Virus record (IMG/VR): IMGVR_UViG_3300027608_000011
Reading direction: 5' to 3' (one strand)
DNA: 64,000 nt
Source: a virus
Lineage: Duplodnaviria; Heunggongvirae; Uroviricota; Caudoviricetes
Part shown: positions 20,909-30,352 of the stretch, one piece after another
Position numbering within the stretch: position 1 is the first letter of the stretch
How the letters are laid out: the number at the start of each line of letters is the position of its first letter
The notes under the pieces: generated by a model
The model's database searches: none
What the model was told of the DNA's origin: nothing
What the model saw: only the letters and a program-made list of their open reading frames with translations
Made by a program: the position numbers and the translations under genes

Positions 20909-21911
20909 ACGAATTGGTTTTGCCTGTAAATGGATTGATAATCCTGATCAGGTTAACGGTATTAAACCCACTGATGACTGTAAACAGTACAACACCGGTA
21001 CTACTACTATTAGCTGGTTAAATAGGCAAACTAAAGAAGTTGCAGAACAACGACTGTGGGACTTAATGGTTCAAAACATTGAATCTACCCGCAAACTTGT
21101 AGAAAGAGTAGGAACATTAAATGAAAATCTTCGTATGGTGCGTATTAGTAGTGACTTGCTTCCTGCTTATACCGAGCCTAGTTGGAGTTACTTTTGGCGT
21201 CGCGCTGATGTTGTTAGCTATCTTGAGCACAATTTTTTGGTGGTTGGCGACCACGCTCGTAACACTAGTGTACGTCTTAGCTTTCATCCTGGCCAGTTTT
21301 GCGTTCTGGCTAGCGACCGTCCCGATGTAGTAAATAGAAGCATCGAGGAGTTTGAATATCATGCTGACATGGCACGTTGGATGGGTTATGGACAAACCTT
21401 TCAGGACTTTAAAATCAATGTCCACATTGCAGGTAGAGCCGGCCCCAGCGGTATCAAAGCAGTTATCCCAAGACTCAGCCCCGAAGCAAGAAACTGTCTT
21501 ACAATCGAAAACGACGAAATCTCTTGGGGTATCGATTCGAGCATAGAATTAATGGATACTTGTGCGCTAGTACTAGATATTCATCATCACTGGATTAAAA
21601 CTGGAGAATATATTGAAAAAACTGATGACCGTATTAAAAAAATTATTGATAGTTGGCGCGGTGTTAGGCCTGTTATACATTACTCCGTCAGTCGTGACGA
21701 CGTACTTGTCGGCCATTCCGGATTACAGTTACCCTCTCTTTTATCATTAATGGAAGCAGGCCATAAAAAAGGCAAACTCAGAGCACACAGTAATTTTTAT
21801 TGGAATGAGGCAGTTAATCAATGGGCACTTACACATAATGATTGGGCAGATATTATGTGCGAAAGTAAAGGTAAGAATTTGGCTAGCTTTAAATTAGTGG
21901 CTAGTCACTAA
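20901..21911 (+). CDS. uvsE: UV-damage endonuclease UvsE/Uve1
   Basis: RIGFACK, VRISSDLLP, RLSFHPGQF, LTIENDE, LDIHHHW, HYS, LRAHS, IMCESKGK. Confidence 0.92.
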   Translation: MIKRIGFACKWIDNPDQVNGIKPTDDCKQYNTGTTTISWLNRQTKEVAEQRLWDLMVQNIESTRKLVERVGTLNENLRMVRISSDLLPAYTEPSWSYFWRRADVVSYLEHNFLVVGDHARNTSVRLSFHPGQFCVLASDRPDVVNRSIEEFEYHADMARWMGYGQTFQDFKINVHIAGRAGPSGIKAVIPRLSPEARNCLTIENDEISWGIDSSIELMDTCALVLDIHHHWIKTGEYIEKTDDRIKKIIDSWRGVRPVIHYSVSRDDVLVGHSGLQLPSLLSLMEAGHKKGKLRAHSNFYWNEAVNQWALTHNDWADIMCESKGKNLASFKLVASH

Positions 21912-22033
21912 AATACTTAGTGAAATATGTTGCTCTGCAACATAAATAATGTTATACTACAGTTTGTACCGTAGTACACATGGAATGCCTACGATGGGGT
22001 TCCTATTTTTAACTCGCTTTTAAGGAGAATTTT

Positions 22034-22252
22034 ATGTTAGAAAAAATCAAAGAAACCACAACCCAGTACGCAACTGGTGTTAACCAAGCCGCTTTAGAGT
22101 TTACTAAAAGTTTGCTAGAAGCACAAAGTGCTGTAGCAAAAACTTTTACTTCTGAATTTACCAAGCATTATGACCAAGAGAAAGTTAATTCTTTCTTCAA
22201 GCCATGGCAAGAGTTAGCAGTTCAATCTGCTAGAGTTTTTGTTGCTAAGTAA
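22034..22252 (+). CDS. Phasin-like small amphipathic helical protein
   Basis: 72 aa, A/T/Q-rich amphipathic helix pattern; strong AAGGAG ribosome-binding site. Confidence 0.4.
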   Translation: MLEKIKETTTQYATGVNQAALEFTKSLLEAQSAVAKTFTSEFTKHYDQEKVNSFFKPWQELAVQSARVFVAK

Positions 22253-22268
22253 TTAGTAACGTTAGCAT

Positions 22269-22303
22269 AACAGCCCTTGATAAATAATATCAAGGGCTGT
22301 TTT
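22269..22303 (+). terminator. 13-bp hairpin overlapping a late-promoter box and the downstream RBS
   Basis: AACAGCCCTTGAT-aaataat-ATCAAGGGCTGTT followed by a T-run. Confidence 0.75.
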
Positions 22304-22306
22304 ACT

Positions 22307-23245
22307 ATGCGACTATACGAATTATTAACTGAATACACTATATCTGAATTTGCACCAGGACCTGGTGGAGATGACGGATCCGGTGATGACCCATACAAAT
22401 ATCCCAAGCCAGAGCATTTTAGTCGTAGCGTAGATTTCTTTGGTCAATTCGAATCAGGTCACTTTGACCGTGAAGACATCGATGATGCCACTGGTGTGTT
22501 TAAAGGCTATTGGGGTAAAGATCAAATTGCCTATTTCAAATTTGATAACCCGCGGCGCACAGGCAGTGATGACCCGGGCATGGGCTGGTACTATGAACCC
22601 AGCGCAAACAGCAACGATAGTAACGACATGGTAGGGCATGCCGCTGACGATTCTGCACAACGCAAGCAACAAGAATTAAGCATGATTCGTGCGTTTTTAA
22701 AATCCGGACAAACTGCAAAGCCAGGCAGTCAGATTTATAGTTTAATGAAACGACATGGTGTAGCTGAAGGCAAGTTAGGGAATGTAATATCTTGGCCAGA
22801 AGTTGTGAACAAAATCACCAGCGCCATGAAAGCCACGGGCTGGAAAGGTCAGCGCCAAAGCGATGACGCTTTTATGTTTAGCACTAAAGGCCAACTTGAT
22901 GATGAGTGGTATATTGCTATTATTGACAATGTTGGGGATGGATTCTTTACATACGCATTAGGCACCGTAGAAGAAGGTGATCCGTATATCGACGATGCTT
23001 TTAAAGGTAAATTGCCTAATACCGAAGCTAGTGTAAGCGAACTATTAAATATTATCCGTGATGGGTATGGTTTAAATGAAGCTACTTACAAAGGTCGAGA
23101 AGTTAATTTAGGTGTTCCAGTAAAACACGGCGAGCATTTCTTTGTATACCAAAAAGATCCTATTACGCTAAGAGTTAAAAAGATTATTCTTAAAGACCCT
23201 ACAAAAAAAATTAAGCAAATTAAGCATCGTCGCCGCAGGCACTAA
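22307..23245 (+). CDS. Modular putative head-internal protein
   Basis: Starts MRLYELLTE; internal HGVAEG, ISE and LNE junctions. Confidence 0.6.
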   Translation: MRLYELLTEYTISEFAPGPGGDDGSGDDPYKYPKPEHFSRSVDFFGQFESGHFDREDIDDATGVFKGYWGKDQIAYFKFDNPRRTGSDDPGMGWYYEPSANSNDSNDMVGHAADDSAQRKQQELSMIRAFLKSGQTAKPGSQIYSLMKRHGVAEGKLGNVISWPEVVNKITSAMKATGWKGQRQSDDAFMFSTKGQLDDEWYIAIIDNVGDGFFTYALGTVEEGDPYIDDAFKGKLPNTEASVSELLNIIRDGYGLNEATYKGREVNLGVPVKHGEHFFVYQKDPITLRVKKIILKDPTKKIKQIKHRRRRH

Positions 23246-23258
23246 CTCAGGGATAGTA

Positions 23259-24173
23259 GTGAATTGGCTTAAACGAATAATACAAGCTTCGACATCAAAA
23301 TCTACGTGGGTATATCGAAATAAACCACGCAATTATAAAAACCCACGTATAGATTCTCATGCTATTGTACTTGTAGTATGTTATAAAGATTACCATTTAC
23401 TTCATATTTGTTTAAAGTCATTAGCAAAGAATTGGTTAGGTAATAAACATATCATTTTTATTTCGGAAGATATGGGTGATGAATATAAAGGTATAACTGC
23501 TGATATTTTGACGGACTGGAAAATAGAACACTACATGGCTCCTATTATGACACAGTATAATGGATGGTACAGGCAACAATGCTGTAAATTATGGGCAGGA
23601 CTAGTTGCTAAAGTAGAATGGCTAATAATTTTAGATTGTAAAAATGCATTGATAAAGCCCGTAGAATCCACAGAATTTATCAATGAAGACTATGTGTTAC
23701 TAAACGGTATTTCTGAACAAATAGGTTATGATCATAAATGGAGTTATAAAGTAAATACCAATAGTAAGTCCTGGGTTAACGGAAAAGACATAGGACTGTG
23801 TCCTGACACTACCACTCCTTGGGTTTTTAATGTCAGTGAACTCAAACTACTATGGGATAAATTTGACTTTACTGCATATACTGAAACAGAATGGGACGGG
23901 ACTGAGTTTTTTATATATTGGTATTGGGTTAATGAAAAATTTAACTGGGTACTTAACAGAATTACGTCAGGTGCATTAGCACTGGAGCCAACTCCCAACC
24001 TTATAGAACTTAATCCTGATTCTGTGATATATACTGCTGACCGCAGTCATTTAAAAGATCCTGTATTTTTTAAAATGTACATAGATTACCTAATTAAATT
24101 AGAAATATTAAATAATAAAGACTATGAAACAATACAAAATTACCAGCGAGACTTTCAGGAGTCCGGGCGATGA
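23259..24173 (+). CDS. GT-A-like / DUF6492-like putative glycosyltransferase
   Basis: VLVVCYKD, GWYRQQCCKL and LDCKN (DxD-like) motifs. Confidence 0.5.
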   Translation: MNWLKRIIQASTSKSTWVYRNKPRNYKNPRIDSHAIVLVVCYKDYHLLHICLKSLAKNWLGNKHIIFISEDMGDEYKGITADILTDWKIEHYMAPIMTQYNGWYRQQCCKLWAGLVAKVEWLIILDCKNALIKPVESTEFINEDYVLLNGISEQIGYDHKWSYKVNTNSKSWVNGKDIGLCPDTTTPWVFNVSELKLLWDKFDFTAYTETEWDGTEFFIYWYWVNEKFNWVLNRITSGALALEPTPNLIELNPDSVIYTADRSHLKDPVFFKMYIDYLIKLEILNNKDYETIQNYQRDFQESGR

Positions 24174-24426
24174 CCCAACAATACCTGACACTATTGTAGA
24201 TCCAGTAGCACTGGCCGAGCTTAAAAAATTAGCAGGGATAGACAGCCTAGGCATTATGGAAAGACATAGGGCATCCTCAGAAAGCCCTGTTGACGGACAC
24301 GTTGGCACAGACAAAGCTGAATATCAACGACAGCATAATATACGTCCAGGTACAGATGAATGGTTTAAACTGTGGTTTGCCCGTCAAAGTCTGACCGGTG
24401 AAGATCCTATGCCCAAAAAAAGTTGA
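24124..24426 (+). CDS. Small putative head-associated protein
   Basis: MKQYKITSE start resembles a T4 capsid-targeting sequence; LKKLAG; NIRPGTDEWFKLWF. Confidence 0.5.
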   Translation: MKQYKITSETFRSPGDDPTIPDTIVDPVALAELKKLAGIDSLGIMERHRASSESPVDGHVGTDKAEYQRQHNIRPGTDEWFKLWFARQSLTGEDPMPKKS

Positions 24427-24451
24427 CGGGGTAAGGTAAATACTGTATAAT
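24423..24451 (+). promoter_or_regulatory. sigma70-type promoter with an embedded TAAATA
   Basis: TTGACG-17 nt-TATAAT; TAAATA at 24437-24442. Confidence 0.7.
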
Positions 24452-24462
24452 AAGGAATCGCT

Positions 24463-25089
24463 ATGAGCATATACTATAAACGACTGGGATTAAACAGACT
24501 AGAAGATTTTCAAACATACATGATTGAAAATTATGTAACTACTCCTATTGAACCCAATATCACTGGCGACGGGCCGCCACTGTATAAATCTTTTCAGCCT
24601 CCTGAATTCCTATATACATTATTGAATTGGGAAGCCATTCAAATCCTAACAGGATCAAATGCCGTGACTCCGGGATATTTCAATATTATTGGGTTACCAC
24701 AACAAGAATACCCAAAAGTAGAAATTTCTAAACAAATTAAGACACACGTTGCAACACAAAAAGAAGCTAGTCAATTAAACACATGGTGGCTATTGCGTTT
24801 AACCATGTATGTTCCTATTAAAAATGGCGCTGATCACACATTGGAATTGTATGACGCAGAGTCAGGGCAACTTGTGGATTCCGTGGCATTAACAACACCA
24901 ATAATTGTAAGTAATGACCTGCATGTAAAAAGTGTAATTAATAATCCAGCTGGATGCTGGCATGTACAATTTTGTTTCCTTACTAACCATGCTTATGCCC
25001 ACACAGGAGAAACATTAATTACTCGTCTCACTACTGCAATGAAGCCGGTATCGGTTAGCTTCCCTAACAGCCAATATCTACCAGATTAA
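24463..25089 (+). CDS. Hypothetical protein, possible degenerate cupin/2OG-oxygenase fold
   Basis: Beta-rich, with His residues at plausible but noncanonical positions. Confidence 0.3.
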   Translation: MSIYYKRLGLNRLEDFQTYMIENYVTTPIEPNITGDGPPLYKSFQPPEFLYTLLNWEAIQILTGSNAVTPGYFNIIGLPQQEYPKVEISKQIKTHVATQKEASQLNTWWLLRLTMYVPIKNGADHTLELYDAESGQLVDSVALTTPIIVSNDLHVKSVINNPAGCWHVQFCFLTNHAYAHTGETLITRLTTAMKPVSVSFPNSQYLPD

Positions 25090-25090
25090 C

Positions 25091-26194
25091 ATGTATCAAA
25101 AACTCCATCCCTTAGGTCCACATACTACAGTAAGTCAGTTACCCGCCGATCATCCCATTTCGTGGGAAGTTGCTAATGGGTGTCCCACTACGTTTAGTTG
25201 GGAATATAATGACCATCGTAAAGAGTTATTAACACTCTACGAAAAAGCTAAAATTGGACAATGGGACGCTCAGACTAGAATTGATTGGACTATACCTACC
25301 GATCCCACTAATCCCATGGGTATAGATGAAACAATTATACCTTTATACGGCACTGAGTTATGGGGCAAATTGGGCAAAAAGGCGCAAGACGGTATTATAT
25401 ATGATTATAATGCTTACTTAATTGGTGCATTTTTACACGGCGAACAAGGTGCAATGATTAGTGCGGCAAAGATAATAGAAAGTGCTCCTGACCACGATGC
25501 TAAGTGGCTTGCAACTACACAGGCTATAGACGAAAGCAGACATATAGAAGCGTTTGGTAAATTTGCTCATAGGATTGACATGGTTCGTCCAGTACAGCGT
25601 AGCTTGATGAAAATGTATGAAGTTGCGTTTAAAAGCGACAAGTGGGACTTGGTCATGTTGAACAGTCACGTTGTTGCAGAGGGATGGGGACTGGGCAGTA
25701 TGCAATTGATGCGAGACAATGCCACTAACCCCTTGGCTAAAAGCATGTTGGCATATATTATGCAAGACGAAGCTAGACACATAGCATTTGGACGATATGT
25801 TCTTAAGGACCATTTTAGTAAATTAACCGCACAAGAGTTAATTGACCGAGAAGACTATTTAATTGCTTGTGTAATGTGGTTATACGCAAGATTAGATTTT
25901 ACAGAAATACTGGACCATCATCTGGACATGAAAGATGTTGGCCGTCAGATCAAAGATAACGTGGGATATCATAAAGTTAAAAAGCATATGATGAGTAGGA
26001 TAGTTCCTATTATAAGAGATATCGGGCTATTAACTCCTAGGATTCAAAAAACGTTTATTAAGTTGGGTATACTAGAAAACATAGATTTAAATTTCGATAC
26101 AATGTGGGATGAAGACAATGCCATTGCCACAAGTATGGAAGAAATAGTTAGAAATAGACTACTACAAGTTGGCGTAAATCCTGCTGTTCTGTAA
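25091..26194 (+). CDS. Ferritin-like diiron oxygenase (AurF-like)
   Basis: HGEQGAM, QAIDESRH, AEGWG and QDEARH paired DExRH diiron motifs. Confidence 0.8.
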   Translation: MYQKLHPLGPHTTVSQLPADHPISWEVANGCPTTFSWEYNDHRKELLTLYEKAKIGQWDAQTRIDWTIPTDPTNPMGIDETIIPLYGTELWGKLGKKAQDGIIYDYNAYLIGAFLHGEQGAMISAAKIIESAPDHDAKWLATTQAIDESRHIEAFGKFAHRIDMVRPVQRSLMKMYEVAFKSDKWDLVMLNSHVVAEGWGLGSMQLMRDNATNPLAKSMLAYIMQDEARHIAFGRYVLKDHFSKLTAQELIDREDYLIACVMWLYARLDFTEILDHHLDMKDVGRQIKDNVGYHKVKKHMMSRIVPIIRDIGLLTPRIQKTFIKLGILENIDLNFDTMWDEDNAIATSMEEIVRNRLLQVGVNPAVL

Positions 26195-26243
26195 CAAAAT
26201 CAAATGAAAATAATTCAATAAATATAAGTTATTGGATCATATT

Positions 26244-27485
26244 ATGCGTTTGTACGAACTTTTTATACCTGACAACCAGCATCAACTATTAGAATATAAT
26301 AGAGATGCTACATTAAAAAACTACGGTGGCAAGGTCGTCACTGTGGCACGTAAAGACCGCAGTATCCCACAGCAATTCAGAAGTACAGAAGTCTCAGATG
26401 ATCAGTTATTAGACTTAGTAATGACGCAGATAGAAGGATCCGACCCCACCCGCAATAAAGAGTATAGCCAAGCACTAACTAAAATATATACCAATGGCCA
26501 GACAGCATTTGAAGACATGGGGTCTACTGTAGCTGATTACTTAACAAAGTTTGACAAATTAAAACGTAAGAAAAAAATTCCAGCTCCACGTAACGATTTT
26601 ATGCGTTATGCTAACATAGGAGATTTCCTAAGTGTCGTTGATGAATATCCTAACCCCGATGAAGAAGAGTTAACTGACAAAGGTAGCTCAGACGAAATAT
26701 ACAAAGATGCTACGGTTCGTGTACTGCGCCCAAATAATAAAGAAGCGGCATGCTATTATGGGCAAGGCACTAAATGGTGTACTGCCGCAAAAAGTAATAA
26801 CCTGTTTGATACCTATGCTAGTAAGGGTGAATTATACATTATTATTCCAACTAAGCCGGAGTATGCAGGCGAGAAATATCAGTTTCACTTCCAAAGTCAT
26901 CAGTTCATGGATGAGCAGGATCAGAATGCAGACTTATTTGTTATCATCAATAAGTTCCCGCAACTTAAAAAACTATTTCATGACCAAGCTATAAAAAATA
27001 GTGAAGTTGCGTTCTTTATGTCTAGGCAAGAATTAGAAAAGAAATTACCAAAAGTAATACAGTCTATATATACTGGACTTAAGAATGAATATAAAGTTCA
27101 ATCAAGGGCCATGGCCAATGATGCGGCCAAAGATTTAAAAGCGTACATTGACAAAGGTATAGCACGTGAAGCCGCAGATGAATTCTTCGAGCAATTACAA
27201 GAACCTGACGGCGTTGCAGAGCTATTGTTTAGTGTTATACGTCAGTTACAACAAGACTATCATACTGGGCTCGACGAGGACGAATGGTTTGATAATACCT
27301 TAGATGTTTTCCAAGATTGGGTAACTGAACATTCTAATGCTTATTTGTTAATAACTGATTTTTACGAAGAAGATGACCAAATCTTTATGGATACTAATTT
27401 TTCATTGGCTGGAATTATGCAGAGTGTGGCAACAAAATATGTTATGGAAAATTTTAGAAAACTACTACTACAAGGAACTATATGA
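26244..27485 (+). CDS. Putative head-internal protein with PcfJ-like WC domain
   Basis: True start MRLYELF (26244); EAACYYGQGTKWCTA...Y...LYII motif. Confidence 0.55.
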   Translation: MRLYELFIPDNQHQLLEYNRDATLKNYGGKVVTVARKDRSIPQQFRSTEVSDDQLLDLVMTQIEGSDPTRNKEYSQALTKIYTNGQTAFEDMGSTVADYLTKFDKLKRKKKIPAPRNDFMRYANIGDFLSVVDEYPNPDEEELTDKGSSDEIYKDATVRVLRPNNKEAACYYGQGTKWCTAAKSNNLFDTYASKGELYIIIPTKPEYAGEKYQFHFQSHQFMDEQDQNADLFVIINKFPQLKKLFHDQAIKNSEVAFFMSRQELEKKLPKVIQSIYTGLKNEYKVQSRAMANDAAKDLKAYIDKGIAREAADEFFEQLQEPDGVAELLFSVIRQLQQDYHTGLDEDEWFDNTLDVFQDWVTEHSNAYLLITDFYEEDDQIFMDTNFSLAGIMQSVATKYVMENFRKLLLQGTI

Positions 27486-28876
27486 GATTTAGAGAATTAG
27501 TCGAGAACGCTATAGCCAGCGACATTAACGAAGAAAAAAAGATTAACGGACTATCAGTTATTAGCTTAACTGATTTTGTTCATGATAAAGAAGTCGACGA
27601 GCAAGGTGTAGCGGAAAGCTCGGGAGATACTGTAAAGTTTGAAGTTGATTCAGAAAACGCCTACAATCATGTTATGAAGCAGTTTGGGTCAGTAGTTGAA
27701 TGGAATGGCGACACTATGGTTGCTCCACGTAAGTATTGGGGCTCCATACAAGAATTAGCATATTCCGCCGGAGGTGAAGCAACCGAAGTTGGTAACGAGC
27801 AAGGCGTGGCGGAAGGCAGTTTAAAAGAAGCACCAGGCGACTTTGGCCTAGGTGCAAACTATCGTTCTATTCCAGATGATGAAATGCAAGACTTCATGGA
27901 CAGAAGCAAAACAAAAAAGAAAACCAAACGAGATAAATTTGATTATCCATATGTACACGGTAGCAACATTGAAGTTAAAGATGAAGCTGGAAAAAAATAT
28001 AATACAGAAGCTCTTAAGTCTGCAATTATGCAACGTCCTAAAAGTATACTAGGACAAAATGCTAAGATGCAACATAGTGAAACTGGCACCGAAGCAGTAT
28101 ATGATATTGGATTACCGGCTCTTAAAGGTCTTGCAGTAAATGAGAATACCGGCGAGTTTGTAGTAGTAGATACCTGCCCCGGGGCCGGCGCTTGCAAAAC
28201 ATATTGCTATGCGATGAAAGGTAGTTATGTTATGTTTAAGGCAGTTAGCCTAGGACTGTCACGTATGCTTAACTTCTTATTAAATGATCCAGAAGGCTTC
28301 TCGGCAAAACTCAATGACGAGATTGCCGAAGCTAAATTAAAAAATGCTAAAAAGGGAGCCAAGACTGTTGTGCGTTGGCATGATGCTGGAGACTTCTTTA
28401 GCGAGCAATATTTAGATATGGCTTATTCCGTTGCTAACACAAACCCAGGCGTAAGTTTTTATGCTTATACTAAAATGGGAGATGTAGCCAATGCAAGCCG
28501 TCCTAAGAACTTTAATATGAACTTTAGTCAAGGCGCATCCAGTGAGCAAGAGAAAAAAGTTGACATTGTACGCACCAAGCATAGTAAAGTAGTTCCCAAG
28601 GATATGTTCTTTGACTTGATTGACAGGGATGGTAATAATCTTAATAAAGATAGCAAAGGACGTATGCAATTTGCAAGTCCAGAAAAACGTAAAGAATTTA
28701 AAATACGTTTAGCCCACAAATATACAATAGACCCCACTACCATTTTAACCTATGATGAAATGATGCAACTTCCAATTGGTAGTAAACCAAAATGGAACGT
28801 TATCGTCATGCCAGGTGATGGGGATAATTCAGCCAATCGCAACGATGTCGTCGGTAGTTACTTATTGTTTCATTAA
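27482..28876 (+). CDS. Modular head-internal polyprotein with C-terminal GP88-like Fe-S/radical-SAM-like domain
   Basis: MRFRELVE start; two EQGVAE repeats; TCPGAGACKTYCYA, RWHDAGDFF and FYAYTK. Confidence 0.65.
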   Translation: MRFRELVENAIASDINEEKKINGLSVISLTDFVHDKEVDEQGVAESSGDTVKFEVDSENAYNHVMKQFGSVVEWNGDTMVAPRKYWGSIQELAYSAGGEATEVGNEQGVAEGSLKEAPGDFGLGANYRSIPDDEMQDFMDRSKTKKKTKRDKFDYPYVHGSNIEVKDEAGKKYNTEALKSAIMQRPKSILGQNAKMQHSETGTEAVYDIGLPALKGLAVNENTGEFVVVDTCPGAGACKTYCYAMKGSYVMFKAVSLGLSRMLNFLLNDPEGFSAKLNDEIAEAKLKNAKKGAKTVVRWHDAGDFFSEQYLDMAYSVANTNPGVSFYAYTKMGDVANASRPKNFNMNFSQGASSEQEKKVDIVRTKHSKVVPKDMFFDLIDRDGNNLNKDSKGRMQFASPEKRKEFKIRLAHKYTIDPTTILTYDEMMQLPIGSKPKWNVIVMPGDGDNSANRNDVVGSYLLFH

Positions 28877-29490
28877 TGCCATATAATACAAATATCCCCG
28901 GGCACATGAGTACCCAAGAATTGGCTGTAATCGAACAATGGGCCGCACAAGTTCCAAAAAACGGAGTTGTAGTCGAAGTAGGTAGCTTTTTTGGTAGGAG
29001 CGCAGTATGCTGGGCCATGTCATGTGATCCCAGTGTTGAAATAATATGTGTTGATCAGTTTCCTACTATTCTTCAAGTCCCACTTTCTTTTAAAGCGCAT
29101 CCTGGCAGTCCAACGCCCGGGGTTGATTACAGACTATGGGACATGTTTCGTGACAACACAAAAGAATACCCTAACATAACACCTGTACGTGGCCTAAGCC
29201 CATGGAAGATATCTTATCCAGGCAATTTAATTGATTTGTTTTTCTTAGACGCGGCACATACCAATCCCAGTGACTGGGACAACATTGTGTATTTTTCTAC
29301 TTTCCTAAAACCAGGTGCAATAATTGCTGGCCATGACTACGATAGTATGTTCCCTGACGTTGTTGAAAATGTACATAGATTAGAAAATATATACAATACC
29401 AAAGCAACATTTTATAAAGGCGGATGGTTATGGTCCATTACTATCCCCAATACTAATAAGTTAACAGACCATATAATTACTAATAAATGA
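28876..29490 (+). CDS. Class I SAM methyltransferase (Methyltransf_24-like)
   Basis: VEVGSFFGRS, FLDAAH and GHDY. Confidence 0.8.
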   Translation: MPYNTNIPGHMSTQELAVIEQWAAQVPKNGVVVEVGSFFGRSAVCWAMSCDPSVEIICVDQFPTILQVPLSFKAHPGSPTPGVDYRLWDMFRDNTKEYPNITPVRGLSPWKISYPGNLIDLFFLDAAHTNPSDWDNIVYFSTFLKPGAIIAGHDYDSMFPDVVENVHRLENIYNTKATFYKGGWLWSITIPNTNKLTDHIITNK

Positions 29491-29524
29491 AACATTCTGT
29501 ATTATTCAGTATAAATATATTACT

Positions 29525-29872
29525 ATGAGATTAAACGAACTTAAATCAGGAAGAAATACGCTAGGGCATACAGGTTCTGGGGATATTGAAATATCCAGAA
29601 TTGCCAGAAAAGCCCGTGCTATGTATCCTAATTTACAGCACGACGATTTAGAAGCCGTACTAAAATATCTAGACGTGGGATTAGACGGTGGCCAACGTGA
29701 AGTAGAAAAAATATCTAGAAGTGACGCAGAGCAAGAAAAAGATATTGATCACTTGGATCAAGAAGTTGATCAGTTAGATCGAGAAGTCGATGACTTAGAG
29801 TCCAAAGAAAAGACTGATAGAGATATTATTGCCGATTTACGCAATACCATTAAAATACTGCAAGCAAGATGA
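29525..29872 (+). CDS. Putative head-internal coiled-coil protein
   Basis: Follows TATAAATA; MRLNEL start; acidic heptads. Confidence 0.55.
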   Translation: MRLNELKSGRNTLGHTGSGDIEISRIARKARAMYPNLQHDDLEAVLKYLDVGLDGGQREVEKISRSDAEQEKDIDHLDQEVDQLDREVDDLESKEKTDRDIIADLRNTIKILQAR

Positions 29873-30279
29873 GATTATACGACCTACTCGAAGATGGTGA
29901 TACAAGTGCCGGGTCAATGGCAGTTGCAGTAATGCCTATAGGAACTATGCAACGTAGGATTCCTAGAAAAAAGAAAACAATAAAAGAAACGCCGATACAG
30001 CCAAATTTAGATGAGCCAACTAACCCTGACATATATGGCACAAAGGCAAATCCCAGTAATTTAAATTCACGTAGGTTACGTGCAATGGGACAATTAAAAG
30101 AGTTATCTAAACGTGCAGAGTCTGCAGAACAACATAATAGTTTAGAAATGTGGGAAAGCATCGTCGCTGATTTTAAAGAACTAACAATGAATATTGGCGA
30201 AATAGACCATGCTATTAATGAACTACGTGCATTACGAAAACGTGGCGGCATGTATAGCCGCGGAATCCCAAAACTTTAA
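29869..30279 (+). CDS. Putative head-internal protein
   Basis: MRLYDLLED start. Confidence 0.55.
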   Translation: MRLYDLLEDGDTSAGSMAVAVMPIGTMQRRIPRKKKTIKETPIQPNLDEPTNPDIYGTKANPSNLNSRRLRAMGQLKELSKRAESAEQHNSLEMWESIVADFKELTMNIGEIDHAINELRALRKRGGMYSRGIPKL

Positions 30280-30352
30280 TTATTTTATTTCTTTTTCAGC
30301 TAAATAATACATGAAAATCCCATTTAATGGGTACAAATCTGCGAGTTAATAT

